IMG/VR virus record: IMGVR_UViG_3300031949_000037 | Span: 1 to 61,396 of that record | From: a virus | Lineage: Duplodnaviria; Caudoviricetes | DNA: 61,396 bases | Reading direction: 5' to 3' (one strand) | Shown here: in pieces, positions 33,996 through 43,985 of the stretch | Position numbering within the stretch: position 1 is the first letter of the stretch | How the letters are laid out: each line of letters starts with the position of its first letter | Notes under the pieces: generated by a model | Databases searched by the model: none | Seen by the model: only the letters and a program-made list of their open reading frames with translations | Told to the model about the DNA's origin: nothing | Made by a program: the position numbers and the translations under genes

Positions 33996-35528
33996 ATGAA
34001 GTACGCAGGTCCACCTTTCGCCCCGCACCCCGCTCTCCGGGCGCCCAATATGTTCGGGGGCGGCGGTGTGGAGCCCGCGTTCTTTGGCACCGGCGCCTAC
34101 CGGACCATGAGCTATGACCAGTGGAAGGACGAGCAGGAGCGCAGCGCGGCCCGCGATGGCCGGCGCGCCCACCTTCCGCCGGCCGACCGCAACGGCGTAC
34201 CGCTCGACATCGCCCACTACGCCAGCCAGGACGAGCTCCTGGACTGGGCACAGAAGATCGTCGCCCGCCATGCGGAAACCGACGACCTCCAGAAGCGGGC
34301 CACCGCGATCGAGGCCAAGATGGGCGACGACTGGAAGCGGGCCGTAGCGTCGGCCGACCCGGAGGCCATCCGGGACGTCGTGCGGGCCGCCACGCTCCAG
34401 CTACGGGATACCGATCCCAACATCTGGCCATCGCCTACGCCGACGCCGGGCGACTTCGCCAACGAATTCGGCGTACCGGTGGACCCCACCGAGATCATTG
34501 CGCTGTGTGAGGAGCTGGGGCTCTACACGGCGCTACCCGAGATCACGGATGGCTCTCGGGTCGACTCCTCGCGCCAGATCAGCCAGCTAGAGTTCGCCTC
34601 TGGCTGCGACTCGTGCGCCTTCACTCCGGGCGAGTGCCCGGAGGACTTCGTGCATGACAGCGAGGCCATCAACGTCACCAAGCGCCACTTCGGGGTCAAG
34701 AAGTCCCTGACGGAGTCGGACATCCGCCACAGCATCGCGGCCATCGCCGGCGGTGTGGGCGTCAACCAGCTCATCGGGGCCTTCAACGACCAGGGCCTCC
34801 CCGGCGAGAAGGACGTGGCCAGCCTCATCAGGGGCGGCGTCGCGGACCTGAAGGAGAAGGAGCTTCGCCTGGCGATGATCCTTGTCCTCAACTGCTGGGA
34901 CGACCTCCTGGTCAACGGCGACAACGTCACGAACCCGCTGGAGTTCGACGGGATCTCGAACGTAATCACCGCCGCTAACGGCGCCCGCGCCTGTCCCACG
35001 TGGATGTCGGGCACCTTCAGCGCGGCTACATTCGACCGCTTCCTGTCCGCCGGCTGTGCCAGGCCGCAGGCCATCATGGGGCACCCGACGGCCCTGGCGG
35101 AGATCGCCCTGGGCTACTACGCCATCGGAAGCCAGACCGTGTTCTTCGACAAGAACGAGGGGATCGTGCCCGGTCTCAACTTCGCGTCGACGATCATGGC
35201 CGGCGTAGGGCCCATTGCCCTGATCGGCGACACCCGCTTCCCCCGCGCGGCCGCAGGCGACGGGGCGTTCGATACCATCGTGTATCCGGTCCGCCTTACC
35301 CACAACGGCGAGCCCCTGATCTACAAGGCGACGCAGATTCCGCTGAGCGCCAAGGACCTGACGCCCGGCTGTACCTCCGTCGCGTTCGAGATCTGGGCGG
35401 TGTCGGCCCTTGTGGTCAAGGCGTTCTGCGCGCAGGCGCTTTGCCAGATGCGCTTCAGCGGCCTGATCGACGATGGCTGCACGTACGTCCACCCGTGTAC
35501 GCCCACGGACCTGCCGAGCCGTCAATAA
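33996..35528 (+). CDS. Major capsid protein
   Basis: Position, AGGAG RBS, strong codon bias, NGDNVTNPLEFDGI motif, downstream hairpin. Confidence 0.8.
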   Translation: MKYAGPPFAPHPALRAPNMFGGGGVEPAFFGTGAYRTMSYDQWKDEQERSAARDGRRAHLPPADRNGVPLDIAHYASQDELLDWAQKIVARHAETDDLQKRATAIEAKMGDDWKRAVASADPEAIRDVVRAATLQLRDTDPNIWPSPTPTPGDFANEFGVPVDPTEIIALCEELGLYTALPEITDGSRVDSSRQISQLEFASGCDSCAFTPGECPEDFVHDSEAINVTKRHFGVKKSLTESDIRHSIAAIAGGVGVNQLIGAFNDQGLPGEKDVASLIRGGVADLKEKELRLAMILVLNCWDDLLVNGDNVTNPLEFDGISNVITAANGARACPTWMSGTFSAATFDRFLSAGCARPQAIMGHPTALAEIALGYYAIGSQTVFFDKNEGIVPGLNFASTIMAGVGPIALIGDTRFPRAAAGDGAFDTIVYPVRLTHNGEPLIYKATQIPLSAKDLTPGCTSVAFEIWAVSALVVKAFCAQALCQMRFSGLIDDGCTYVHPCTPTDLPSRQ

Positions 35529-35553
35529 GCCCTGGACCCCAGCAGGCCGGGTT

Positions 35554-35583
35554 GCCGAGGCCCCCTTCACCGGGGGCCTCGGC
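35554..35583 (+). terminator. 12-bp hairpin after the capsid gene
   Basis: GCCGAGGCCCCC-TTCACC-GGGGGCCTCGGC. Confidence 0.65.
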
Positions 35584-35590
35584 ATGTGCC

Positions 35591-35620
35591 TTGACATCAC
35601 GGCGGGCCGCAGCGTACAGT
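35591..35620 (+). promoter_or_regulatory. sigma70 promoter for the tRNA (no full operator)
   Basis: TTGACA-18 nt-TACAGT. Confidence 0.7.
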
Positions 35621-35642
35621 CGGCCCGATGGTGAAGCGGCGC

Positions 35643-35717
35643 CGCGGCGTAGAGCAGTGGCAGCTCGTCGGGCCCATAACCCGAAGGTCGAAGGTTCGAA
35701 TCCTTCCGCCGCCACCA
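35643..35717 (+). tRNA. Initiator tRNA-fMet (CAU)
   Basis: Full cloverleaf; C1:C72 mismatch; GGG/CCC in the anticodon stem; TTCGAAT; encoded CCA. Confidence 0.95.
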
Positions 35718-35753
35718 AAATGACGACGACGGTCAAGCATTCAGGAGGCCCCG

Positions 35754-36338
35754 ATGCCAGAGAAGACCCCCGCGAAGGCCGCCCCCAACGCCCAGCCTCC
35801 CGCTGAGGAGGTGCAGGGCGAGGTCCTAGAATCCACCGGCACTCTCGAGAACGTCCTTCAGTCGCTCACGCGGGCCTTCGAGGCCTTCGTCGGGGCCGCG
35901 CGCACGCCAGCCGACCTATCGGCCTATCGCTCGGTGAACGCCGCGCGGGGCCTCCAGGAGTGTCAGGCCCTTCTTGACCAGGGATGGGATATCATCCACT
36001 CCGACTACTGCGAGGAGGTCCGCCGGCGCGGCGGCGTGGGGAAGCAGGCGTCGGTCTTGGCCTGGACGCCCTACTTCATCATGGGCCGGCGCGACACGAT
36101 GGTATCCCAGGACCGCGCGGCGATCCTTCTATTCGAGAACCAGCGAGCGATGGCGTCGGGCGTGCCGGTTGCCGACGACGAGGCCGCCGCTGACCCGGAG
36201 CAGGCCGCCGGCGATGGGGCTAGCCCGGCCCAGCCTGCCGATCATATGGACCCCGCCCGGCCGCGAGGCCGCGTCGTCACTGCGGCCGGGCCTAGGTCCA
36301 TCGGAGCCGAGGGCATGGGGGCCCTACGGGGCAGATAG
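35754..36338 (+). CDS. Hypothetical protein
   Basis: AGGAGG RBS. Confidence 0.65.
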   Translation: MPEKTPAKAAPNAQPPAEEVQGEVLESTGTLENVLQSLTRAFEAFVGAARTPADLSAYRSVNAARGLQECQALLDQGWDIIHSDYCEEVRRRGGVGKQASVLAWTPYFIMGRRDTMVSQDRAAILLFENQRAMASGVPVADDEAAADPEQAAGDGASPAQPADHMDPARPRGRVVTAAGPRSIGAEGMGALRGR

Positions 36339-36346
36339 GAGAAGCC

Positions 36347-36649
36347 GTGAGCGACATTAAGCTGGGGGATAAGGTCAGAGACCGGATAACGGGCATGGAG
36401 GGCGTCGCGCTCGGCCGTACCCAATGGCTCTACGGCTGTGTGAGGATCGCCGTCCAGGCTACGGTCCTCAAAGACGGCGTATCGCAGGCCATGGAGTGGA
36501 TTGACGAGCCCCAACTGGAGAGCCTAGGCGCATCGCCGGCCGCCGAGCGGTCTGAGGAAGGTGATCCGGCCGGGCCTCGGGCCGATCCCTGCCGTGCGCC
36601 CGAGGGCGACAGGGGTAATCCGCCCCAGCCAGTCACACGAGGGGGCTAG
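36347..36649 (+). CDS. Small SH3/KOW-like phage protein
   Basis: LGDKVRDRITGMEGV..YGC..WIDEPQL. Confidence 0.7.
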   Translation: MSDIKLGDKVRDRITGMEGVALGRTQWLYGCVRIAVQATVLKDGVSQAMEWIDEPQLESLGASPAAERSEEGDPAGPRADPCRAPEGDRGNPPQPVTRGG

Positions 36650-36665
36650 ATGCCCTGAAGGGCCC

Positions 36666-36887
36666 ATGACCGTACGGCTCCGCTACCGCTTCTATGGGCC
36701 GGCGACCGTCGGGGCCAAGAAGCCACTGCCGAGCGGCAAGGTCTACCACATAGCGCTGTGGGCCGAGCGGATCATCGACGTAGACGAGGCCGACGTGGAA
36801 GTCCTGCTGGGGTTTAAGGGCGAATGCTGCACAGGCGGCCGAGGTAAGGTGCCGCTCTTCGTGCTCGACGAGACCGAGGCGCCCTAG
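36666..36887 (+). CDS. Small Cys-containing protein, paralog-like to 570-755
   Basis: IIDVDEADVEVLL..CCTGG. Confidence 0.55.
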   Translation: MTVRLRYRFYGPATVGAKKPLPSGKVYHIALWAERIIDVDEADVEVLLGFKGECCTGGRGKVPLFVLDETEAP

Positions 36888-37847
36888 GTGGGGCGCCTCT
36901 ACCTACTGCAAATGTCCTGGGGCCTCGGCGACGTGCTCTGCTGCACGCCCGCCATCCGGGCCCTCAAGGAACGCGAGCCCGACTGTACCATCCTCTTTCA
37001 GACGATCACCAAGGGCCGTCACCATGTAGAGTACGACCCGCCGGGGGGCGCACCCGGTAGCGGCGGCGCCCCCGACGAAATGCTCTGGTATAACCCCCAC
37101 ATCGCGCGCATCCTCGACGTCCAGGATCGCCCGCCGCCCGGCGCAACGGTCGTCGAAATGTACTACGTCAAGTATGGCGGGCCAGCGCTAGACCGGCCCC
37201 TCCAGGGCCGCTACTTCGACTGCCTGGGCCTACCGTGGAATGAAGAAACACGCTTCGACCTTGACTACTACCTCCAGGACCACGAGCGCGCGGAGGCCGA
37301 TGCGATGCTGGCGGCCGGCGCCGCCGGCGCCGAGGCCTACTGCGCCCTGACGCCCCGCGTCGGCTGGCCGGGCAAGATGTGGAATGACGAAGGCTGGACC
37401 TACATCATCGCCCGGCTACATGAGAGCGGCTGGACGCCCGTCGTCCTGGCCGGCCGGCATCTCCAGGGCCGGCCATGGTCCGATGCCCTAAACCTCTCCG
37501 GTACGCTCGACATCCGCCAGACCGCCGGCGTCCTGGCCCGATGCGACGCCATGCTTTGCACCGAGGGGGGCCTAGCCCATCTACGGTTCGCCTTGGGTAA
37601 GCGGGCCGTGGTCCTAACGTGCGCCACCTCCTACAAGGTCCAGGTCTGGGCGCCGCCCGAGCTCATGACCGAGCTCCGCAACGCCGAGTGGTGCGAGCCG
37701 TGCATGTGGCGCTTCGGCCATGTGGAGGGCCGGCCGGGCGTAGCGCCGGGCAACACTCACACGTGCCCGAAGGGTAGAACGCTCCGCGATCTGACGGGCC
37801 AAACGGTGTGGGAGATACTGGGGGAGCGCCTAAAGCGCCTACCATGA
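36888..37847 (+). CDS. Glycosyltransferase family 9 (heptosyltransferase-like)
   Basis: GLGDVLCCTPAIRALK, KMW..W, NLSGTLDIRQTAGVL..EGGLAHL. Confidence 0.88.
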   Translation: MGRLYLLQMSWGLGDVLCCTPAIRALKEREPDCTILFQTITKGRHHVEYDPPGGAPGSGGAPDEMLWYNPHIARILDVQDRPPPGATVVEMYYVKYGGPALDRPLQGRYFDCLGLPWNEETRFDLDYYLQDHERAEADAMLAAGAAGAEAYCALTPRVGWPGKMWNDEGWTYIIARLHESGWTPVVLAGRHLQGRPWSDALNLSGTLDIRQTAGVLARCDAMLCTEGGLAHLRFALGKRAVVLTCATSYKVQVWAPPELMTELRNAEWCEPCMWRFGHVEGRPGVAPGNTHTCPKGRTLRDLTGQTVWEILGERLKRLP

Positions 37848-38863
37848 GACCAAGACCGCCTAGGGCCATCCACGTATCCTGGCTGAAACGGGCCGACGGA
37901 GAGACCGGCGGCGTCGAGAAGTTCGCCGCCTATCTGAAGAGCGCCCTGGCCGAGCGGGGATGGGAGGTCCTGATCATTAGCTGGCGCGACATGCCGGGCT
38001 ACGAGCGCTACGACCACCAGGGCGTGAGTAACCCCGACAAAGCCTACATCCTAGGCGCCTGGCTAGATGGGCCGGCCTTCGGCGTCGCGTACGACGTAGC
38101 GGTCAGTGACGGGTATTGGGGGATCGGGATCACGAGCCGGCCCGTCGTGCCCGTCGTCCATGGCACCTGGGCGGAGATGTTCGCCCGAATGGGCATGCGG
38201 CCTACCGACGAGGTCCAGCGCCAGGGCGAGGCCTTCAACGCGCCGAACGCCTACCCGGTAGCGTGTAGCGCCGCCTCGGCCCGCGAGCTCCGCCGACACT
38301 ATGGCCGGACCGCCGTGGCCACGATCTGCCACGGCATCGACCTTGCCACCTATCACCCCAGGGATGAACCCCTACCGCCGGGCCCGCCGTGGCTAGTGCT
38401 GGAGGCCGCAGGCAAGAACGCTAAGAAGGGGGCACGCCTAATCCCCTCCATCGCTCAGATGCTCGGCTGCGACTACCAGGTGGTCTACCTCAACGCCGCC
38501 GTGGGCCAGGAGCCCGACGCCTTCCGCGCGGGCCATGTCTTCCTGCACCCCACACGTCACGAGGGCAACGCCTACTCCTGTCTCGAGGCCCTGGCGACGG
38601 ACCTACCGATTGTGACCACGCAGGCGGGGATTTTCGAGGACATCGCCTATAGCCCTAGCGGCCAGACGGTCGTCGGGTATACTCTCCCCATAACAGCCCG
38701 GCCTGAGGACTTTGCCCATGCCGTACGGCTAGTATGCCGGGAGGTGGAGACGGGCATCATGCGAGGGGCGCCGCGTCTATGGGCCGAGAACCACGCCAAC
38801 ATGACGGCCTTCGCGCATGCGTGGGATCGGCTTCTGCGGGAGATCGCTAGTGGCCAGCCCTGA
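37844..38863 (+). CDS. Glycosyltransferase family 4
   Basis: GGVEKF, HGID, FLHPTRHEGNAYSCLEALATDLPIV (Ex7E). Confidence 0.88.
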   Translation: MRPRPPRAIHVSWLKRADGETGGVEKFAAYLKSALAERGWEVLIISWRDMPGYERYDHQGVSNPDKAYILGAWLDGPAFGVAYDVAVSDGYWGIGITSRPVVPVVHGTWAEMFARMGMRPTDEVQRQGEAFNAPNAYPVACSAASARELRRHYGRTAVATICHGIDLATYHPRDEPLPPGPPWLVLEAAGKNAKKGARLIPSIAQMLGCDYQVVYLNAAVGQEPDAFRAGHVFLHPTRHEGNAYSCLEALATDLPIVTTQAGIFEDIAYSPSGQTVVGYTLPITARPEDFAHAVRLVCREVETGIMRGAPRLWAENHANMTAFAHAWDRLLREIASGQP

Positions 38864-39269
38864 CCGGTTCGAGCTCTGCTTCACCGTACCCTACCCGCCG
38901 AGCGGCCTTCTACCGAACAGCCGGGCCTTTTGGGGCGCCAAGCAAAAGGCCGGCCGCGAATACGCCGACCTGGCCGGCATGATCATCATGGCCGCCATGA
39001 GGGAGGCAGGCCTGGCCCTACCGCGCCCCTACCTTCACGGGCTCCTGGCCACAACCCACCACTTCACACGCCATCCGGCGGACCCCGATAACTGTGTAGG
39101 GGCGCTAAAGCCCCTGATCGATGTCCTCCAGGCCGTGACCAAGGCCAGCGGTAAGCGCTTCCGCCTGGGCATCATCGAAAACGACCGCTACCTGGAGGTC
39201 GCGCAGCCGGGCCGGCGCGGCTATAGCCCGCTAGGGAAGGTGATCGAATGCAGACTCCAGTTGTGGTGA
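38850..39269 (+). CDS. rusA: RusA-like Holliday junction resolvase
   Basis: VPYPPS..PNSR, DPDN..KPLIDVL, GIIENDR. Confidence 0.75.
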   Translation: MASPDRFELCFTVPYPPSGLLPNSRAFWGAKQKAGREYADLAGMIIMAAMREAGLALPRPYLHGLLATTHHFTRHPADPDNCVGALKPLIDVLQAVTKASGKRFRLGIIENDRYLEVAQPGRRGYSPLGKVIECRLQLW

Positions 39270-39502
39270 GCCCGGAGACGGGCCTGACCGATGCCGAGGA
39301 AGCGGTAATGGATACGCTGGTAGCGGCCGCCGAGGGCTACATGAGCCTGCCCGTCCAGCACCCTACGGAACAGGCCGAGTTCGTCGACGCGATCCACCGC
39401 TGCCAGGACCTCATGGCGGTTAGGATCGCCCGGCGCCTATACCCCCAGGGATGGGCCAGCTATCAAGAGGAGGGGCCCCGTGAGGATCTGGCTCCAGTCT
39501 AG
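39266..39502 (+). CDS. Hypothetical protein
   Basis: GTGA overlap; HPTEQAEFVDAIH. Confidence 0.55.
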   Translation: MSPETGLTDAEEAVMDTLVAAAEGYMSLPVQHPTEQAEFVDAIHRCQDLMAVRIARRLYPQGWASYQEEGPREDLAPV

Positions 39503-40469
39503 CGTCTTCGCGCCTACGCCAGCGGCCAGCACGGCCGCCCTGGAGTACCTTGTGGCCAAGATGGCCGAGCATCTAAGCCGGCGCCAGCATGAGGTAACGC
39601 TCTTCGCCCTGGACGGATCGGCCGTACCCGGTGTGGCGCTGGTCACGGTACCGCGCAGTCGCACGCCATGGGCCGCCGAGACCATCGTGGTAGATCGCAT
39701 GGAGCGCCGGCGACGGCCGGACGTCTTGTTCGACCATAGCCGCTTTGAGCTAGCCCAAAGCCGCTGGCCCGCCTTGCCGGCGGTCACGATGATCCACGGG
39801 AACGAGCGCATCGAAGCCCACGCCCGCAACCTGGTCTTCGCCTCCCTGGCCCACGGGCGCTGGCACGGTAGGGTGGAGCCGGTAGCCCTGCCCAACGGAG
39901 TAGAGCCGGCCGACTTCCGCGTGGGCGGCCCCATGGCCGGCCGGCACGGGGCTCTCTGGATGGGGCGGATCATCGCCTTCAAGCGCCCCCACCTGGCCAT
40001 AGACCTCTGCCAGCGGGCCAGCGTACCGATCACCCTAGCTGGCCCCGTTGTCGACACTAGCTACTTCGGCGCCTACATACGGCCGCGGCTTAAGCCCGAG
40101 GGATGGGGCGACTACATCGGCGAGGTGGCCGGCGAAGAGCGCCTACGGCTACTGGCGGAGTCCTGCTGCCTGCTCATGACGTCGGAGGCCCAGGAGCCAG
40201 CGGGCATCGTGATGCACGAGGCCATGGCGTCAGGGACGCCGGTTTATGCCTTCAGCCATGGGGCTAGCCGGGAGTTCGTGGTCGATGGCAAGACGGGCTA
40301 CCTGTCCTCCAGCGAGGAGAGCTTCGAGGCGACGCTACGCCTGCACGCCTGGGAACGGATCGATCCGGCCGCCTGCCGGCGGCACGTAGAGGAGAACCTG
40401 AGCGTTAGCGCCATGGCGCGTAAGGCCGAGGCGCTCCTGGCCGCCGTAGCGGATGGAGCCTCATGGTGA
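39480..40469 (+). CDS. Glycosyltransferase family 4
   Basis: PNGV, WMGRI..K, EPAGIVMHEAMASGTPV. Confidence 0.9.
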   Translation: MRIWLQSSVFAPTPAASTAALEYLVAKMAEHLSRRQHEVTLFALDGSAVPGVALVTVPRSRTPWAAETIVVDRMERRRRPDVLFDHSRFELAQSRWPALPAVTMIHGNERIEAHARNLVFASLAHGRWHGRVEPVALPNGVEPADFRVGGPMAGRHGALWMGRIIAFKRPHLAIDLCQRASVPITLAGPVVDTSYFGAYIRPRLKPEGWGDYIGEVAGEERLRLLAESCCLLMTSEAQEPAGIVMHEAMASGTPVYAFSHGASREFVVDGKTGYLSSSEESFEATLRLHAWERIDPAACRRHVEENLSVSAMARKAEALLAAVADGASW

Positions 40470-41176
40470 CGTTTGACTACGCCTACTCGCTGGCCGCCGA
40501 ATACTTCCCCGGCCTTCCCCGTGATGACTTTGACGCTTGGACGGATGATTACTCTCTGGCGCGCCTAGAGTGGGATGCCATCGTGGGGCCCAAGCCGAGG
40601 CGCGCCTGCGTAGAGCGCTTCTACCGCGACGGCTACGGCCTCTTGATCCACCTCATGCGCGACCTGGTCCCCGTGGGTACCTGGGGCGCCCTGGAGGACC
40701 GGGCTAACATCATCCATCAGCACTTGCAGCGGGCGGCGTTCAAGACCGTCTTGGACTTCGGCGGCGGCATTGGCGGCACAGCCCAGCAGCTCGCCCGCTG
40801 GGGCTACACGGTCGGCCTGGTCGATGTAGGCCCTACCCTGGACTTCGCCCGATGGTATGCGGTCCGCCAGGGCCTATCTATCTTCACGTACGACCATCTG
40901 CCGGCGATAGGATGGGAGGCCATCGCGGCTCTGGACGTCCTGGAGCATTGCTGGGAGCCGGTCCCGCTACTGCAAGAGTTCTGGTCTCGGCTACCGGCCG
41001 GCGGTCTGGTTATCCTGACGCGCCACAGCTTCAAGGAACACCCTACCCACCTGCCCCGGACGTTCTGGCTCTTGGAGGCACTAGATGGCGCCCTGGATCA
41101 GATGGGCTTTGAGCTCGTAGGCGCGCCCGACCCCCATTACGGGATCGGCGCCTGGCGGAAGAGGGGGACGGGATGA
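40463..41176 (+). CDS. Class I SAM-dependent methyltransferase
   Basis: VLDFGGGIG, DVLEH. Confidence 0.88.
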   Translation: MVTFDYAYSLAAEYFPGLPRDDFDAWTDDYSLARLEWDAIVGPKPRRACVERFYRDGYGLLIHLMRDLVPVGTWGALEDRANIIHQHLQRAAFKTVLDFGGGIGGTAQQLARWGYTVGLVDVGPTLDFARWYAVRQGLSIFTYDHLPAIGWEAIAALDVLEHCWEPVPLLQEFWSRLPAGGLVILTRHSFKEHPTHLPRTFWLLEALDGALDQMGFELVGAPDPHYGIGAWRKRGTG

Positions 41177-41688
41177 GAGCTGAGGTCATGGCCTGGATGG
41201 AAGCCGCCGTCGAGCGCTACGGGCCCGAGCCGCCGGTCCTCGAGGTCGGCGCCTATAACGAGAACGGCACGGCCCGCCCGCTCTTCCCCCAGGACGGCTA
41301 CCTGGGGATCGACATCCGGGCGGGGCCCGGCGTCGACATGGTGGCCGACATCTTGGAGAGCGAGTTCCTCAACTTCGGGACGGTCTACGCCTGCGAGACC
41401 CTGGAGCACGTGCTGGAGCCATGGCGAGCCCTCGAGGTCATGTTCTCGGCCCTCCGGCCGGGCGGCCTCTGCCTGGTGACGTGGTGTTTCAGCTTCCCCA
41501 TCCACGCGGCCCCGCGCGACTTCTACCGCGTTACCCCCTACGGCCTGCACTACCTCATGGCCCGCGCCGGCTTCGAGGAGATCGCTGTCGAGACCGCTGG
41601 CACTAACCGCCCGGCCGGCCGCCCGCCTGCCGAGCAAGACTGGCAATGGCCCGACATGGTAGCGGCTTCGGCGCGGAGGCCGGCATGA
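41173..41688 (+). CDS. Class I SAM-dependent methyltransferase
   Basis: VLEVGA, ETLEHV, LRPGG, PRDFYR. Confidence 0.88.
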   Translation: MRAEVMAWMEAAVERYGPEPPVLEVGAYNENGTARPLFPQDGYLGIDIRAGPGVDMVADILESEFLNFGTVYACETLEHVLEPWRALEVMFSALRPGGLCLVTWCFSFPIHAAPRDFYRVTPYGLHYLMARAGFEEIAVETAGTNRPAGRPPAEQDWQWPDMVAASARRPA

Positions 41689-42251
41689 CGTGGGCCGAGA
41701 TGCAGGCTGGCGAGCTGGAGTGGTGGCGCGCTTTCCTGGCGCGCCCTAACGCCCTGGCCCGGCTGTTTGCCCTCTACGGCTACCGCTACCTCTCCTACTT
41801 CTTCCCCGAGTTCGACGACCTGGGCGACGTAATCGACTTCGGCTCGGGCCCGGTGTCGGCCGCCTACATCGCGGATCGCCCCCCGGCCACGGTCACCTCT
41901 ATAGACCCGCTCCTCGGGGCCTACCGGGCCGATGGCCTAATCTACGGCTCGCCGCTGGCGCCCGAACGCATCCCCGCTGGCGTCTTCGACACGGCCCTCG
42001 TCTTTAACGTGCTTGATCATGCCGATGATCCTGCCGAGCTCCTGGTAGCTGTAGCGGCCAGCCTGAAGCCGGGCGGCAAGGCCCTCGTGTGGGTACACGT
42101 CGACGCTCTGCCGGACGGCCTACATCGGATGGTTAGTGAGGACCACGTACGGGAGTGGCTACGCTGGGCAGGGCTGAGCGTGGTCCGAGACTGCCGGCGC
42201 ATGCGGGGCCATGGTGGGCCCGATGAATACCTGGCCCTGGCGACGCGATGA
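41685..42251 (+). CDS. Class I SAM-dependent methyltransferase
   Basis: IDFGSGP, NVLDH, LKPGG. Confidence 0.85.
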   Translation: MTWAEMQAGELEWWRAFLARPNALARLFALYGYRYLSYFFPEFDDLGDVIDFGSGPVSAAYIADRPPATVTSIDPLLGAYRADGLIYGSPLAPERIPAGVFDTALVFNVLDHADDPAELLVAVAASLKPGGKALVWVHVDALPDGLHRMVSEDHVREWLRWAGLSVVRDCRRMRGHGGPDEYLALATR

Positions 42252-42781
42252 ACCTGTTACCCGCGCCCCCATGGCTAGAGCTAGGCTGCGGCCTCAACAA
42301 GGCCGCGGGCTACTACGGTGTAGATCGCGCTAACGTGGCCGGCGTCGACCTCGTCCATGACCTCGAGATCCACCCCTGGCCTATCGCCGACGGGTGCGCC
42401 GAGCGTATCGGCTGCTACCAGACCCTGGAGCACATCGGCGGCCTCCTGGCCTTTATGGCCGACCTTTGGCGGGTGTGTTCGGCCGATCCCCAAGCCTGGG
42501 CAGAGATTACGGTACCCTACCACACGGCGCCGACGGCCTGGGGCGACCCCACGCATGTCCGCGCCTTCACCGAAGACACCTTCCGCTACTTCGAGCCCGG
42601 CTTCGTAGAGCGCTTCAGCGACTACGGGATCGGGCCCCACTACTTCAGCATCATCGACCAGGCCTTTAGACCGGGGGCTAACCTGTGGGTGCTGCTACGG
42701 CCGATCAAGACGGCGGCCCAGCTCCAGGCCCACCAAGAGCAGGCCTGGTGGCGCGATAGACGGGCGGCCATGCTGGGGTGA
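42248..42781 (+). CDS. Class I SAM-dependent methyltransferase
   Basis: LELGCG, TLEHI, DPTHVRAF. Confidence 0.88.
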   Translation: MNLLPAPPWLELGCGLNKAAGYYGVDRANVAGVDLVHDLEIHPWPIADGCAERIGCYQTLEHIGGLLAFMADLWRVCSADPQAWAEITVPYHTAPTAWGDPTHVRAFTEDTFRYFEPGFVERFSDYGIGPHYFSIIDQAFRPGANLWVLLRPIKTAAQLQAHQEQAWWRDRRAAMLG

Positions 42782-42933
42782 CGGGCCAGGCCCCTCCAGA
42801 AATGGCCCCAGGCGGGCCGCAGGCGGCCCGGCGCATAGGATAGAGGCCGTGGGCCCCTATCCTTACTATGGCCCAGGACCTTCGCGGGCCCAGAATCGCA
42901 ACGTGGGGCAACGCAGATACGGAGAGCAGAACC

Positions 42934-43743
42934 ATGCCGCCTAGCGCCAGCATTGTAGTCCTTACCATGGACCGCCGGCGCCCCGTAGAGGAGTGCCTAG
43001 GGGCCATCGTGGAGAAGACGCAGACGCCCTACGAGCTCCTGGTCGTCGACAACGGTAGCCAGAACGGCACCGTAGCCTGGCTGGAGGGGCTGGACCCCCG
43101 AGGCGTTGGGGCGTGCGTGGGCTACCGCGTCTTGCCCATGGGCGAAAACCGGGGCGTTTGTGCCCGAAATGTTGCCATCGACGCGGCGGCCGGGGCCTTC
43201 ATCCTCCAGGTAGATGATGATGTCGTCGTCGGGCCCGGATGGGATGGGGCGCTCCTCGGTCCGATGCTACAGGACGCCAGCATAGGCGCCGTCGGCCAGC
43301 AGGGGTTTTGGCTTAGCTGGGTAGGCTTCCAGCATCCGGGCCGTACGCTCTTCCTAGACCAGCGCTTCCCCCAGGCCGGCGACTTCTGCGACCTTGTGAT
43401 GGGCTACTGCTGGGGATGGCGGAACATCCGGGTACCAGCCTACCCCGAGAAGTGGCCGTCGGACTTCACCAGCGTACCGCGCTTCCGGTACGACGAAGCC
43501 TTCAACCCCCACTGGCATGAGGAGACGGACCTCCAGCTTCAGATCAAGGCGGCCGGCTACCGTATCCGGTGCGGGCCCGTCGTGAGTCGCCACAGCAGCC
43601 TGAAGTCCTGGCAGGCGGCCCACGGTAACGACCCCATGGTGGGCCTCCAGCACGCCATCGCCCACGAGCACCTGCTGCTGGAGAAGTGGGGCCAACGCCG
43701 GCAGGACCTAGGGCTCGAGCTTGACCGCCGGGGGCTCCAGTGA
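42934..43743 (+). CDS. Glycosyltransferase family 2
   Basis: SIVVLT, VVDNGS, ARN, VDDD, EETDL. Confidence 0.9.
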   Translation: MPPSASIVVLTMDRRRPVEECLGAIVEKTQTPYELLVVDNGSQNGTVAWLEGLDPRGVGACVGYRVLPMGENRGVCARNVAIDAAAGAFILQVDDDVVVGPGWDGALLGPMLQDASIGAVGQQGFWLSWVGFQHPGRTLFLDQRFPQAGDFCDLVMGYCWGWRNIRVPAYPEKWPSDFTSVPRFRYDEAFNPHWHEETDLQLQIKAAGYRIRCGPVVSRHSSLKSWQAAHGNDPMVGLQHAIAHEHLLLEKWGQRRQDLGLELDRRGLQ

Positions 43744-43985
43744 CCAGCCGGACCGCCCTGGCCGACGCCCTGAAGATGCCATGGTGCCCGGAGCGGAACA
43801 TCGTACTACGCGCCGCCCTGGGGATCGAGGTCGGGATGATCAACCGCGCCGGCGTGATCATCGCGGTCTGCCCGAACAGGGGCGAGGCGCGCCGCGTCGA
43901 GCGGCTGCTGGCGCGGCTCGTTAGGATTAGGCGCTACCGTCGCGAGGATGGCCAGTATGTCGTGAGCGGCGAGGTACCCGGATGA
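43740..43985 (+). CDS. Hypothetical protein
   Basis: GTGA and ATGA coupling. Confidence 0.45.
   Translation: MTSRTALADALKMPWCPERNIVLRAALGIEVGMINRAGVIIAVCPNRGEARRVERLLARLVRIRRYRREDGQYVVSGEVPG

Noticed and set aside
34587-35600. Long minus-strand ORFs (e.g. 34587-35600, 11085-11882, 51664-52410)
   Set aside because: Antisense shadows of GC-rich plus-strand genes with no recognisable motifs.
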